Origin: a virus
Strand: one strand, 5' to 3'
Length of the DNA: 64,000 nt
IMG/VR virus record: IMGVR_UViG_3300036768_000279
Location: 83,928 to 147,927 of that record
Position numbers and translations under genes: made by a program. Numbering within the stretch: the stretch's first letter is position 1; each line of letters begins with the position of its first letter. The notes under the pieces were generated by a model that saw nothing but the letters and a program-made list of their open reading frames with translations, ran no database searches and had not been told where the DNA came from. This document shows, one piece after another, positions 21,011-30,722 of this stretch.

Positions 21011-21781
21011 ATGGTAAGACTTAACGGCGATCTCATTCCCGGTAGTAGTGGTCAAGCCCACTTGGGAATCAATGGTGGCGTAGGCGGCTCATTTGATATA
21101 ACCACGCTCACGCCGTTTGGTAATATCCATATGAACTCTGGCGTTTGGCATGACCCGATGTCGGGCCAGTCGGGCGTCCTTAGATATAGCCAAGCCGCTG
21201 GTGCGTTCCAAATTTCGATTGACGGGGGTAGAACGTTCACTGCACTCGTGACGAATGCTGGTACGGTCACGTCGGTTGGTCAGCTAGGTGGAGCGGACCT
21301 TACTGGTGCGGTTGACATTGCCAGCAAGGGCAGTGGATTCATTTCTGTTACGGACACGGCTGGCGTCAGTCCAATTCTTATTGGCGTTGACAGTCTTGGT
21401 CTTTCTGGGTTGTGGCGTTTCCCAACTCAGGGCTTCAATGGCTCTATCGTCAACTCATTGACCGACTTCAACGGCACAACCGCCCAAGGTGCAATCAATG
21501 TTGTTGGTGCATCTGGTGTTTATGTAGACATTATTGGTCAGACAATGACCATCACTGGTGCCGCTACACCTATTAAGAGCTTTGCAGCTTCATTCGGTGC
21601 TGCTACTTCATGGACCGTCTCTCACAACCTCAACACAACGGACGTTCAGGTGGACGTATATGATGCAAGCACTCCTCGTCTTGCTATCATTCCTGATGCT
21701 ATCGCACTCACTGACGCGAACACAGTAACGATCACATTCAATGTGGCACAGGCTGGAAGAGTAGTAATCACGGGCTTCTAA
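21011..21781 (+). CDS. Fibre protein
   Basis: Shared N-terminal module plus HNLNT C-terminal domain. Confidence 0.7.
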   Translation: MVRLNGDLIPGSSGQAHLGINGGVGGSFDITTLTPFGNIHMNSGVWHDPMSGQSGVLRYSQAAGAFQISIDGGRTFTALVTNAGTVTSVGQLGGADLTGAVDIASKGSGFISVTDTAGVSPILIGVDSLGLSGLWRFPTQGFNGSIVNSLTDFNGTTAQGAINVVGASGVYVDIIGQTMTITGAATPIKSFAASFGAATSWTVSHNLNTTDVQVDVYDASTPRLAIIPDAIALTDANTVTITFNVAQAGRVVITGF

Positions 21782-21782
21782 T

Positions 21783-22469
21783 ATGGTGAGTTTGTATGAC
21801 ATTTTGCGTGGAGACGTAATACCGCTTAGCGGAATTAATGTCTCTATTGGCAGAAACACATATGACGGGGCGGCACCAGCCGTTCCTATCAATGACTTGC
21901 ATTTGCGTAGCTTGAATTTGTACGATGCCAGCACATCTGGCACTCTAACATACAATAACACAGACAAACGCATTGATTTAATTAGAACGCCAAAAGAAAC
22001 GTACCCTATTGTAACGGCAGTTTTCTTTCAAGTTGTTGATACTGTTGGTGGACAGACCATTACAACAGATACGCCAATAATATTCGACGCAACGCCAACT
22101 TACAATACGCATCCAAACATTTTTGTTTGGAATGGCTCCGATCAACTTAGCCTTGGTGCTGGTGGCGTATATCTTGTTAGCTGGTCAGTTACTCTAAGTC
22201 CTAACTCAACAGCAAAAGCATCGTCTTTTTCTGTTCGACTGATGATTGATAATGGTAGTGGTTATACGGAAGAGCCCGGAACAATTTGTTATGCAAATGA
22301 ATCATTTGACTACAAAGTTGAAGCTACTCCAGTCACTATTTCTAAATCTTTCTTGATTACTTGTCCACCATCCCTGAGTAGCATCACATTGTATGCTACA
22401 GACAACACTACTGGACGGTCTGTTCAAAAAATCAACGGGTCTTCATTAACCGTTCAAAAGGTGTACTAA
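21783..22469 (+). CDS. Fibre / C1q-like virion protein
   Basis: Degenerate N-module (GDVIPLSG); GVYLVSWSV beta-sandwich. Confidence 0.6.
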   Translation: MVSLYDILRGDVIPLSGINVSIGRNTYDGAAPAVPINDLHLRSLNLYDASTSGTLTYNNTDKRIDLIRTPKETYPIVTAVFFQVVDTVGGQTITTDTPIIFDATPTYNTHPNIFVWNGSDQLSLGAGGVYLVSWSVTLSPNSTAKASSFSVRLMIDNGSGYTEEPGTICYANESFDYKVEATPVTISKSFLITCPPSLSSITLYATDNTTGRSVQKINGSSLTVQKVY

Positions 22470-24701
22470 ATGGCACGCGAAGTAGGCGATCTATGGCCGC
22501 AGGCTAGCGGCTCTGCTGCTCTAGGGGCAGAAATGACGAATGGTGGATTCACCGGGGCTGTGCGTCCGTTCGCTGGTGTGTTCATGAACAGTGGTGTTTG
22601 GTATAATCCAAGCACTGGTACTTCTGGTGTTATTCGTTTTCAATTGAGCCAAGAACAAAATCTCTCTCTTGGAGAAGAGGTTTTTGGATTCTCAACAGAC
22701 GGCGGAAGAACGTTCCCTCTTCAGCTTGGTGATAATGCTGTTGGACAAGGTGCCGACATCGTAGCTCCGTTTGGAGCAATGAGAATCATTGGTAGTGGCG
22801 GGATGGGAACGTTCTCGTTTGGTCCTGATGCTAGTAATCAAATGCTTGCAAATGATGGACCTTTAGTCCTTCAGGCATTTGGCGATGGCCTCGGAGGACG
22901 TGGTGGCGTCTTTGTTAACGCAAGACAGAATACCAATCTTTCACCATTCAATGGCAGTGGTCAACTAGAATTCCGCTTTGGTCCGCACCAAGCTTGGTAC
23001 GCCAAACTATCACACTCAAATACTGGTGGTCCAGACAACGATGGCTTCTGGCCAATTCCTCACTCTGGTCAAGTAGCTGCCATGATTGCTGGTGGTACTA
23101 CCAGCACGACTCTCCAGGCCGCTTATAATGGCGGTGACGAGGTATTGCTAAAGAACGCCGGTACACGATCTGACGGCGTTGTTTTGAAGCAACCAGAAAT
23201 CACACGTCCTCTATTTCCAACCGACCCTATTGGAGATCAAGGATATGGTTTGGCAGTGAGTGGCTACACAAGCACACCACTCAATCCACATAGCTATGGT
23301 ATTGCGTATCTAAACCACAACGCATTGGCATTTCAAGGCTCTGGTACCTTTGGAACCAATGGTCATTTGTGGCTAGGTATTGATCCTGCCAATTCGAATG
23401 CTGGCACTATTGCAAGTAGCGGCTCGCTTAGCATTGCTAGTCACGGTCTCTCTGTTAATTCTGATGGCAACGTATTGCACTACGTATCGAACGGCAGCTT
23501 CAAGATTTTTGTACAAAACTCATTGTTGCAATTGCAGTCGATGACATCTGACGCCATCTTGTCTGCTGGTACTGCTCTTTCGTTGAATGCTGGCACAAAT
23601 GCAACGCTTTCTGCCGCCGACGATGGCATTAGTATTATAGCATCAGACAATAACTTTGGTAGCAATGCTAACATTGCCTTGACGGCAGACACCGATATTA
23701 GTGCGTCGGCGTTTGGCGGTAGTGGACTCTTGGCATATCGTTTTGGTCCGCATCAATCTTGGTACATCAAGACTTCGCACAGCAACACTGGTGGTCCATT
23801 CAACAATGGATACTGGCCTATTGCTCACTCTGGTAATGTCGCCGAGATGATCGCTCGGTCTGCCGGAGGATCTACATCACTCCAGCAAGCATATGTAGCT
23901 GGTCGCTCTATCATTACTCGTAGTGTTGAGGGTGGACCAGTTAGAGTGTCTGGTCTAACCGCTGCCGCACTTCGTCTTGAAACTAACGAAGGTGGTTTCG
24001 CTCACCTTGAGTTGTCTGGTGTATTGAAGACGCCGACTGGATTCACTGAGCAGGGCAGCATCATTTTGATGCGTCACGGCTTGAATCTTGACAGCACTCA
24101 TATCGCCAACATTAATCACCAAGATGACATTTCGTCTATTTCTGCCGGTATTCCTACGCTCTGGCTTCACTGTGGCGGATCAGGCATTGTTCCATTCAGA
24201 ACGGCCTCTGGTGTTGCACAGTTCTTCAACGTTTCGGCTTCGACTGCCATCAATGAAATCGGCCTAGCACTGAATTTGACAGAAACCTCGCAGTCGCATA
24301 CTGATAGATTTTTCAGATCAATCACAGGTAGCGGAGTTCAGGTTTTGGTTCCTGGACTATACAGCATTAAGTATGCTGCCTCTATAGAGAAGACCGCTGG
24401 GGAGCTTGAGCAAAATGTCAAGGCTGAGGTAAGACTGTACGATCAGTGGGGTCAAACTTGGCGAATATTGGGCGGAGTTTCTTACGTTACTGTGCGAGAC
24501 TTGTCTGCTCCATTTGGAACGGCCAATGGTCAATGTGTATTTGACATCAATGCTGGCGAGGTTATCAATCTTTTCGCCTCAACAACCTCTGTTCCTGTTG
24601 CACCAAACTCTGTGCGTTTCCCACAACGCTCGGCAAACTTGGTTGTAGAATATCTTGGTCCTCAGAGATCAATCACTGGCCTCAGACAGAAGGTGTCCTA
24701 A
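22470..24701 (+). CDS. Large fibre protein with an internal duplication
   Basis: N-module; two copies of GSG...RFGPHQ.WY.K.SHSNTGGP.N.G.WPI.HSG.VA.MIA...LQ.AY; C1q-like C-terminus (PGLYSIKY). Confidence 0.75.
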   Translation: MAREVGDLWPQASGSAALGAEMTNGGFTGAVRPFAGVFMNSGVWYNPSTGTSGVIRFQLSQEQNLSLGEEVFGFSTDGGRTFPLQLGDNAVGQGADIVAPFGAMRIIGSGGMGTFSFGPDASNQMLANDGPLVLQAFGDGLGGRGGVFVNARQNTNLSPFNGSGQLEFRFGPHQAWYAKLSHSNTGGPDNDGFWPIPHSGQVAAMIAGGTTSTTLQAAYNGGDEVLLKNAGTRSDGVVLKQPEITRPLFPTDPIGDQGYGLAVSGYTSTPLNPHSYGIAYLNHNALAFQGSGTFGTNGHLWLGIDPANSNAGTIASSGSLSIASHGLSVNSDGNVLHYVSNGSFKIFVQNSLLQLQSMTSDAILSAGTALSLNAGTNATLSAADDGISIIASDNNFGSNANIALTADTDISASAFGGSGLLAYRFGPHQSWYIKTSHSNTGGPFNNGYWPIAHSGNVAEMIARSAGGSTSLQQAYVAGRSIITRSVEGGPVRVSGLTAAALRLETNEGGFAHLELSGVLKTPTGFTEQGSIILMRHGLNLDSTHIANINHQDDISSISAGIPTLWLHCGGSGIVPFRTASGVAQFFNVSASTAINEIGLALNLTETSQSHTDRFFRSITGSGVQVLVPGLYSIKYAASIEKTAGELEQNVKAEVRLYDQWGQTWRILGGVSYVTVRDLSAPFGTANGQCVFDINAGEVINLFASTTSVPVAPNSVRFPQRSANLVVEYLGPQRSITGLRQKVS

Positions 24702-24702
24702 T

Positions 24703-25029
24703 ATGCTTGCGGAATCAATCACCAGCTTCGGCGATATTGTTAGCATGCTCATTCAACAGTATGGTATTACTGGAATAGCATTTGGTGGTTTGCTATGGCT
24801 GCTTTGGAAGAACAAGAAGGACGCGGATACCCGCATTACAGAGCTTGAAAAACAAGCAGATGCGAATCAGGCACAGCAGATCGCCAACTATAAAGAAATG
24901 ATTGGCGAGTATGTCGAGCTTGTGAAAAACAAGACCGAAGTGCTTGCTAAGCTCACGACATGTCTTGAATCTATGAATAACACGCTGCTGCGGCTAGAGG
25001 ATAAAAAGCAGCAAGACAAGTCAGACTAA
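24703..25029 (+). CDS. Holin-like membrane protein
   Basis: One TM helix (QYGITGIAFGGLLWLLW) then a coiled coil; ends the structural block. Confidence 0.5.
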   Translation: MLAESITSFGDIVSMLIQQYGITGIAFGGLLWLLWKNKKDADTRITELEKQADANQAQQIANYKEMIGEYVELVKNKTEVLAKLTTCLESMNNTLLRLEDKKQQDKSD

Positions 25030-25034
25030 ACAAC

Positions 25035-25056
25035 CGGGGCCGCAAAAGCGGCCCCG
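25035..25056. terminator. Bidirectional terminator between convergent blocks
   Basis: CGGGGCCGC-AAAA-GCGGCCCCG. Confidence 0.8.
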
Positions 25057-25062
25057 AGTGTT

Positions 25063-25314
25063 TCAGATGATACGCGGCTTGGCATTTCCAGGGTCGCCAC
25101 GCTTCTCGATCCTTTCTTTGTCGGCCGCCACACTCGCCTCAGGCGTCATGACACAGGCACCGAACGGATTGCGTTCTGGTCGTCCAAAGAACGTCATGAT
25201 TTCAGTACGGAGAGCCGCACGTACTTCCTGCGGAACATCGAATTGTTCGAGGCGTTCACGCAGAATGCGATCCAGCGTCAAGCCAGTTTCGTTACTTATT
25301 TGTCCACTATTCAT
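25063..25314 (-). CDS. Hypothetical protein
   Basis: ORF overlapping the upstream stop. Confidence 0.55.
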   Translation of the reverse strand: MNSGQISNETGLTLDRILRERLEQFDVPQEVRAALRTEIMTFFGRPERNPFGACVMTPEASVAADKERIEKRGDPGNAKPRII

Positions 25315-25810
25315 TCTTCCACGTCCTTTTGAAGCGAGCAATGGCACGGGTCTTGAAAGACTGTGCCGCTTCCTTTTCTAGTTGGGTTAGCTTTGTAGCA
25401 AGCTCATTGAGCTTTGCCGGATCACCGGGAGTCAACAAGACCTCCCCGGACTTGACTTGCGACTTGATGTACTCTGCGTTCTTCTTGCGGAAGAATACCA
25501 GCGATCGAATAGCCGGTACGAGTTCGCGTCTGATGGTCTGCTGCCACTTACGACAAACATCGTCGAGGGGTTGCACATCGCCATTGAGTTCGTCAACGAT
25601 CCGCGTATCATTGTACACCAGCACATCGCCCTGAATATCTCTTTTTCGAGCCACTTCTCTCAGGGCTAGAAACAAGACTTTGTAGGTATGATGGATCTCG
25701 TTGAAGATAGGATATCCACGTTCGTCTGTAGCCGGGGAGCATTTGAAGCTAGCTTCAACGCCTTCCCCGGCTACATAGTAACCGTCCTTGGTGACAAATA
25801 CCAGGATCAT
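25307..25810 (-). CDS. Possible degenerate RNase H-fold protein
   Basis: LFLALRE...VLVYNDTRIVDELNG resembles the RNase HI core. Confidence 0.4.
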   Translation of the reverse strand: MILVFVTKDGYYVAGEGVEASFKCSPATDERGYPIFNEIHHTYKVLFLALREVARKRDIQGDVLVYNDTRIVDELNGDVQPLDDVCRKWQQTIRRELVPAIRSLVFFRKKNAEYIKSQVKSGEVLLTPGDPAKLNELATKLTQLEKEAAQSFKTRAIARFKRTWKNE

Positions 25811-26346
25811 TGTGAACTACGACAGAAGTCGGCCTTCATGCCGCTAGCTTGTGTCTTTTCTTCTGGTGTAACCGTGCCCGCAGTACGCAAGCTAGCAGCG
25901 ATGATCGTCAGGATCTCCTGGGTGCGTGGCGATAGCTCAAACACGTTGGTTTGAGGGTTTAGCCATTCAAGAGCACCGCGTGCTAACAACTCCTGCTCGG
26001 CAACGAGTAGAACAAACTCAACCTCATCGTTTGAGAAGCCAGCCTTACGTAGGGCTGGAACGATTAGTGACTTTGCTCCACCAGCAACGGGCTCGCCCTT
26101 GATGCCATCAATAGCCGCGGCAGCAATTTCAAGCTGCTCGTGATTGACTACGCCCTCTTCTAGTAGGCGGTTAGCACCGATCTTGACTCCCAACTGGATG
26201 TACAGCTTCCACTTGCTGTATTCCAATTCTGTCATCTGTTCCAACGGCTTGACGCCGTTACCATTCGTTGTGGTGCATCCGCTGCTAGCAACGATGCCAC
26301 CAGCTAGACATAGACACAACATCAATACTGCAAAAGTGTTCTTCAT
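25807..26346 (-). CDS. Lipoprotein
   Basis: Signal peptide with lipobox SSG-C. Confidence 0.7.
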   Translation of the reverse strand: MKNTFAVLMLCLCLAGGIVASSGCTTTNGNGVKPLEQMTELEYSKWKLYIQLGVKIGANRLLEEGVVNHEQLEIAAAAIDGIKGEPVAGGAKSLIVPALRKAGFSNDEVEFVLLVAEQELLARGALEWLNPQTNVFELSPRTQEILTIIAASLRTAGTVTPEEKTQASGMKADFCRSSQ

Positions 26347-26924
26347 TCGTTCTTCCTCTGTACAATTGAACTATGGCCCTCTCTAGTGTCCGGCGGTGCC
26401 TTCGCACCAAAGAAAGCAGCCTTCTCGTCTTTTGTCTTCTCGTTGATACGCTTGCGACAATCGCGGCAGGTACGATAGATGACTCGTTTCCCGTCGTGCA
26501 TTGTTGTTTGAATTGGACTCTTGTTCAAGTGCATACAAGCAGAACCATCTACTGCCATTTCTGGCAGAATGGTAGGCTGATCGTTTGTCTTTTCACGCGG
26601 TGCGATATCCACTCCCTCAGCCGCTAGAGACCTCTTCTTTTCAGCAACGAACTGTTCGTCGCTATCTAAGTCAGCAAGTTTACGTGGCACCGAGTCAGCC
26701 TTGATGACCGACTCAGAGCTACGTGTACCGCTGCCAAATCCCCATTCATTAGGCAACTTGTTGCCCGACACAAGCTGCTGTTCAAGTTTGGCCGCAGCTT
26801 CCGGGGATAGTTCGTACGTGCGACCCTGCTTCTTGCCGTTCTTCTTAATGATCAATGTGACAGTCTCAGCCGGATCGTATTCCTGCTTAGTCAAATCACA
26901 TTCTTGAACAATACGTCTTGCCAT
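26343..26924 (-). CDS. Protein with Lsr2-like N-terminus and C-terminal Zn-binding motif
   Basis: MARRIVQECDL...ETVTL...TYELSPEAAAKL; CMH...CRDC. Confidence 0.5.
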   Translation of the reverse strand: MARRIVQECDLTKQEYDPAETVTLIIKKNGKKQGRTYELSPEAAAKLEQQLVSGNKLPNEWGFGSGTRSSESVIKADSVPRKLADLDSDEQFVAEKKRSLAAEGVDIAPREKTNDQPTILPEMAVDGSACMHLNKSPIQTTMHDGKRVIYRTCRDCRKRINEKTKDEKAAFFGAKAPPDTREGHSSIVQRKNE

Positions 26925-27613
26925 TATGGTAGATCCTTGCTTCTGTATGCTTCGTATCTACGAAGCACTTCCTTGACGATTGGCGAACGCTGTACCGTAT
27001 CAATATTCTCCATCGATACGACACCAACGCCGGGCACGCCATTCAGAATGTTGATGGCCTCAATCAGAGCACTATTCTCTGGACGAATGTCGCATTGATC
27101 CATGTCGCCAGCGATGACAAGCTTTGAATGCTTACCAACACGAGTCAGCAACATTTTCATGGCATCGCCATCCAGAGGAACGTTTTGTGCCTCTTCTACG
27201 ATCACGAAACAGTTGTTGAATGAACGACCACGACACAGACTCAATACTGTGAATTCAAACTTCTCGCGGATGATATTGTTGATGTCCTGTTCGTTCTGGA
27301 ACATCAGACGCAGATTGTCTTTGAGGCCCAAGACATACGGCGTCACCTTCTCATCTACTGTGCCCGGTAGGGCACCGAGTTTCTCCCCGGTGTTTGACTG
27401 GATATAAGGACGAACGATTATGATGCGTTGAATGCCACCCCTTTTGGGTGCGTTGAACATCATGGTCAATGCATGATTGATCGCTAGAAATGTCTTTCCT
27501 GTACCGGCATAGCCGGTACAAATAGTGATGATGTTTCTCTCCAGTGAATCTTGGTACTCTTCTTGTCCCGGTGCTGGCTTAGCTGGGACAAAACGGACTT
27601 CACTTTTTTGCAT
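26924..27613 (-). CDS. phoH: PhoH-family ATPase
   Basis: GYAGTGKT, LGALPG, RGRSF, EAQN, LTRVG, GD..Q.D. Confidence 0.95.
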   Translation of the reverse strand: MQKSEVRFVPAKPAPGQEEYQDSLERNIITICTGYAGTGKTFLAINHALTMMFNAPKRGGIQRIIIVRPYIQSNTGEKLGALPGTVDEKVTPYVLGLKDNLRLMFQNEQDINNIIREKFEFTVLSLCRGRSFNNCFVIVEEAQNVPLDGDAMKMLLTRVGKHSKLVIAGDMDQCDIRPENSALIEAINILNGVPGVGVVSMENIDTVQRSPIVKEVLRRYEAYRSKDLP

Positions 27614-27616
27614 CTA

Positions 27617-28330
27617 TCAGCCTCTATTGGCCCTACGCGAAGCCCTTGCACGCTTGCTACGGGCACGACGATCCGCAATTACCTTGCGACGGTGGGGGGT
27701 AAGTTTCATGCCAAATTTGGTTTGGCGGACTTGTTTTGCGACTTCACGCTCAAGATGATGAGAGATCAGTACGCCATTCAAGTGGTCCATTTCGTGACAA
27801 ATTGCACGAGCCCAGAACCCATTGAATACTTCTCGCTTGACTTCGCCGTCAAGCTCGTGATATTGAAGCGTAACGCTCTTAGGTCTTTTGAAGACCGCAC
27901 CGAATCCTGGCAGAGAGAGACATGCTTCGCCATTCTTCTTTTGTTCTTGGCTCTGCGACACGATCACCGGATTGATGAACGCACGGTTAACGCCGTTCTC
28001 ACGAAGCAAGAAGATTCGTTTTGGGTAACCAACCTGCACGGCAGCCAGCCCAGCCGCAGAGTCACCCAACATGTCAAGCACAGCATCCATCTTGCCAATA
28101 ACTGCTGCGTCCGTATCGTTCACCGGAAGACTGCATGGTTGTGACGGTCCTTCCAGGAGCGGCCAGCGTTGCACGTCTGCGGGTGTAATGATAGGGTTTG
28201 CAACCTCGGGCTGCGTTTTTTCTGAAACCGCAGTAGCGGCTTCGACAGCAGGTTGTGGCTGCATTACCTTGCGTGGGTTGCCGTGGTTGTGTGATTCGTG
28301 TGTGCAGTCAGGTCCGCTACAATCGCTCAT
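27617..28330 (-). CDS. def: Peptide deformylase
   Basis: AGLAAVQVG, EACLSLPG, HEMDHLNG. Confidence 0.92.
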   Translation of the reverse strand: MSDCSGPDCTHESHNHGNPRKVMQPQPAVEAATAVSEKTQPEVANPIITPADVQRWPLLEGPSQPCSLPVNDTDAAVIGKMDAVLDMLGDSAAGLAAVQVGYPKRIFLLRENGVNRAFINPVIVSQSQEQKKNGEACLSLPGFGAVFKRPKSVTLQYHELDGEVKREVFNGFWARAICHEMDHLNGVLISHHLEREVAKQVRQTKFGMKLTPHRRKVIADRRARSKRARASRRANRG

Positions 28331-29094
28331 GATAGAATCTCGTATCCTTTTTCCGTTACTAGAATGCAACGTTCGGAATGGGCTACTAGAGAACCGTCCG
28401 CTGATCGCACGGTCCAGCCATCCCCATCTACTATTATGTCAGTCTCGCCAAAAGTGACTACTGGTTCCAGACAAATTACTTGTCCAGCCTGTAGCTTATA
28501 CTTCTCGTATTCGCGTTCAGCCTGCCATCGCTTGATCTGTGGAAGTTTGGGGTCGATGCAGTTAGGGATAAACGGATCGACGTGAAGCTGCTGGCCTATT
28601 TGGTGACCTCCCCACTGAGGATAGATCTTAACGCCAAGCTCGGCTGCCCTCTGTTCGGCTATTTTGGCTATTTCAAGCAAGGTTCGGCCACTCTGGAGAA
28701 TCGAGATCTCGGCTTCAAGTACACTCTCTGACGCAGCAGCCAGACGGTCTTGCAAAGGAAAAATACCAGGACCGATGACGCGAGTTCGGGCAGAGTCTAC
28801 GCACCATCCCTCAAAGCTGCATCCGACATCAACTGTCAGGATGTCGCCGGACCTTAGAACGTAATCGTTGGGAACGCCATGTACCACAACCTCATTAGGG
28901 GATAAGCATGACGCTGCTGGAAATCCTCTATAGCCCTTAAAGATCGGCACGCATTTCGAGGCGACGATGTGGGACTCAATTGCACGATCGACCTCGCGAA
29001 GAGTTACGCCGGGTTTAGCGACAGAGAAGCCAGCCTCAATCGCCTCTCGATTGATTCGTCCTGCGTGACGTGTCGCTGCAATTTGATTCATCAT
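28327..29094 (-). CDS. map: Methionine aminopeptidase type I
   Basis: FKGYRGFPA, NEVVVHG, DVG, DSART, GHQIG..LH, EP, AHSE. Confidence 0.92.
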   Translation of the reverse strand: MMNQIAATRHAGRINREAIEAGFSVAKPGVTLREVDRAIESHIVASKCVPIFKGYRGFPAASCLSPNEVVVHGVPNDYVLRSGDILTVDVGCSFEGWCVDSARTRVIGPGIFPLQDRLAAASESVLEAEISILQSGRTLLEIAKIAEQRAAELGVKIYPQWGGHQIGQQLHVDPFIPNCIDPKLPQIKRWQAEREYEKYKLQAGQVICLEPVVTFGETDIIVDGDGWTVRSADGSLVAHSERCILVTEKGYEILS

Positions 29095-29169
29095 TAGGCA
29101 GACAATCCCATCCTGATATCATCTTGTTGGGCTTGATATTGCCGCTTTTCCAGTCTGGAAAAATGCTTT

Positions 29170-29787
29170 CTAGCCAACCGAAGACGTTCGTCTGTTGCTC
29201 TCTACCCATTTCTTGATTTTCTGCCAGTGCGGCAGCGTTTCGCGATACGCTTTCTCAGGGCTTCGCAAATGATAACTGGGGTGATAGGTGACAAGCACTT
29301 TAGACTCATGCCCGTCTACAGTATAATTCAACCAACCATCTTTGTTTGATACCTTGTCAAAGAAAAACTGATTGAGGGCACCTTTGATAGGTTCGCCGCG
29401 AAACTGTTCGAGAGCGGTGCGACCCAACAATATGATGAGCTTGGGACGCAGCAATTTGATTTGCAGATCGAGTCGCCACTTGCATGCGTCCATTTCTTCT
29501 TTTCGAGGCGTTCTGTTATTGGGTGGACGACACAATACAGAATTCGTAATGTATATGTCTTGACGTGAAACGCCAACGTACGTTAGAATTGAATCAAGTT
29601 TTTGACCGGCCTTACCAATAAAAGGAACGCCAGTCAAATCTTCATCTTCGCCTGGAGCCTCGCCAACAATCAAGATAAGCGGTTCATGTGAGCCATTACC
29701 GAACACTACCTTTGTACGTGTCTTGCAAAGGTCGCAAGATCCACACACCGACATCTGTTCTCGCAAGGCATCAAGCTGAGCGTTCAT
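29170..29787 (-). CDS. Uracil-DNA glycosylase family 4
   Basis: C..C.LC, VGEAPG..ED.TG.PF.G.AG, CRPP.NR.P, TYHPS. Confidence 0.9.
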   Translation of the reverse strand: MNAQLDALREQMSVCGSCDLCKTRTKVVFGNGSHEPLILIVGEAPGEDEDLTGVPFIGKAGQKLDSILTYVGVSRQDIYITNSVLCRPPNNRTPRKEEMDACKWRLDLQIKLLRPKLIILLGRTALEQFRGEPIKGALNQFFFDKVSNKDGWLNYTVDGHESKVLVTYHPSYHLRSPEKAYRETLPHWQKIKKWVESNRRTSSVG

Positions 29788-30722
29788 ACATTATGTCCAG
29801 TGAACAATTCGTTCGTCCAATTGCCCTTAGACTTGCTCCGCAAAGCGTCTCCACCGAAGTGCAACAGATTCATCATAGCGTCCGCTGATGCAGCGATACG
29901 GCCCTCAATTGTCTTGATGTCTTCAATTTCATTGCAAGAGTTTTCGAGTGCCTGCTTCTTTGCTTCCGGCACTTTCATATCAAGATCGCTTTCAACGTGA
30001 ATCATTAGATGGTCTACGTAGCGGGCACTGGCTCGATTAACGCCCGTCATGTAGAATGCGTCCTTTGGACGCAGATATCCACTAGCGAATGAGGTTGAAG
30101 TATGCCATCCGATGTTGCGGAATATGCATGCAGCCAATACGAGCGACGCATTGAGAGGCATCTCTGACTCTTTGGCTTGAGCGGTCATAACCTTAGCTAA
30201 TCGCAGCGAACCCGCGACATGAACTAGTAATCCGCCTCTATATGCCAGAGGTCCACTGAGTCCGTAAGGACTTGTCTTTAGGGCGTTCAACAGATCGAGA
30301 CGATGAATGGCGTTTCCGACAACGTTTCGATAGTGTTCATCGTCCATCATTTCAAAGGCTTCCTCGACTGTTGCAGCACATGCAGCTAGTGCCGCATCAC
30401 TCATTCCCTTGACGTAATCATGTACGTTGAGGGGCGTAGGAACCGCTGTGATGTTACTGGCGTCTACCGAGAACTCTACCTCGCCCTTATACAGCTTGAG
30501 TTCCAGGGCCATACGATAGTATTGGCCTTCAACAAGAGTGCTGTCATAGTTCCAAACAACACCTTCGATTTCGCCAGTAATGTCGCGAAGCGTTACTCTA
30601 GCAAATCGATTGCCAGTAGCAGTGACCATTGCTTCATTCTGAGTCACCTTCTGCACCAAGAAGATTTGGCGATATCTACCAACTTTCAAATCCTTGATGG
30701 GAACGTACGTCTCAGTATTCAT
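29784..30722 (-). CDS. YhaM-like OB + HD protein with degenerate HD motif
   Basis: LRDITGEIEGVVW (OB fold), GGLLVH, IFRNIG in place of LHDIG. Confidence 0.7.
   Translation of the reverse strand: MNTETYVPIKDLKVGRYRQIFLVQKVTQNEAMVTATGNRFARVTLRDITGEIEGVVWNYDSTLVEGQYYRMALELKLYKGEVEFSVDASNITAVPTPLNVHDYVKGMSDAALAACAATVEEAFEMMDDEHYRNVVGNAIHRLDLLNALKTSPYGLSGPLAYRGGLLVHVAGSLRLAKVMTAQAKESEMPLNASLVLAACIFRNIGWHTSTSFASGYLRPKDAFYMTGVNRASARYVDHLMIHVESDLDMKVPEAKKQALENSCNEIEDIKTIEGRIAASADAMMNLLHFGGDALRSKSKGNWTNELFTGHNV

Noticed and set aside
22950-23895. DGR template/variable repeat pair
   Set aside because: Both copies are in frame within one gene, differences are not adenine-specific, and no reverse transcriptase is in the window
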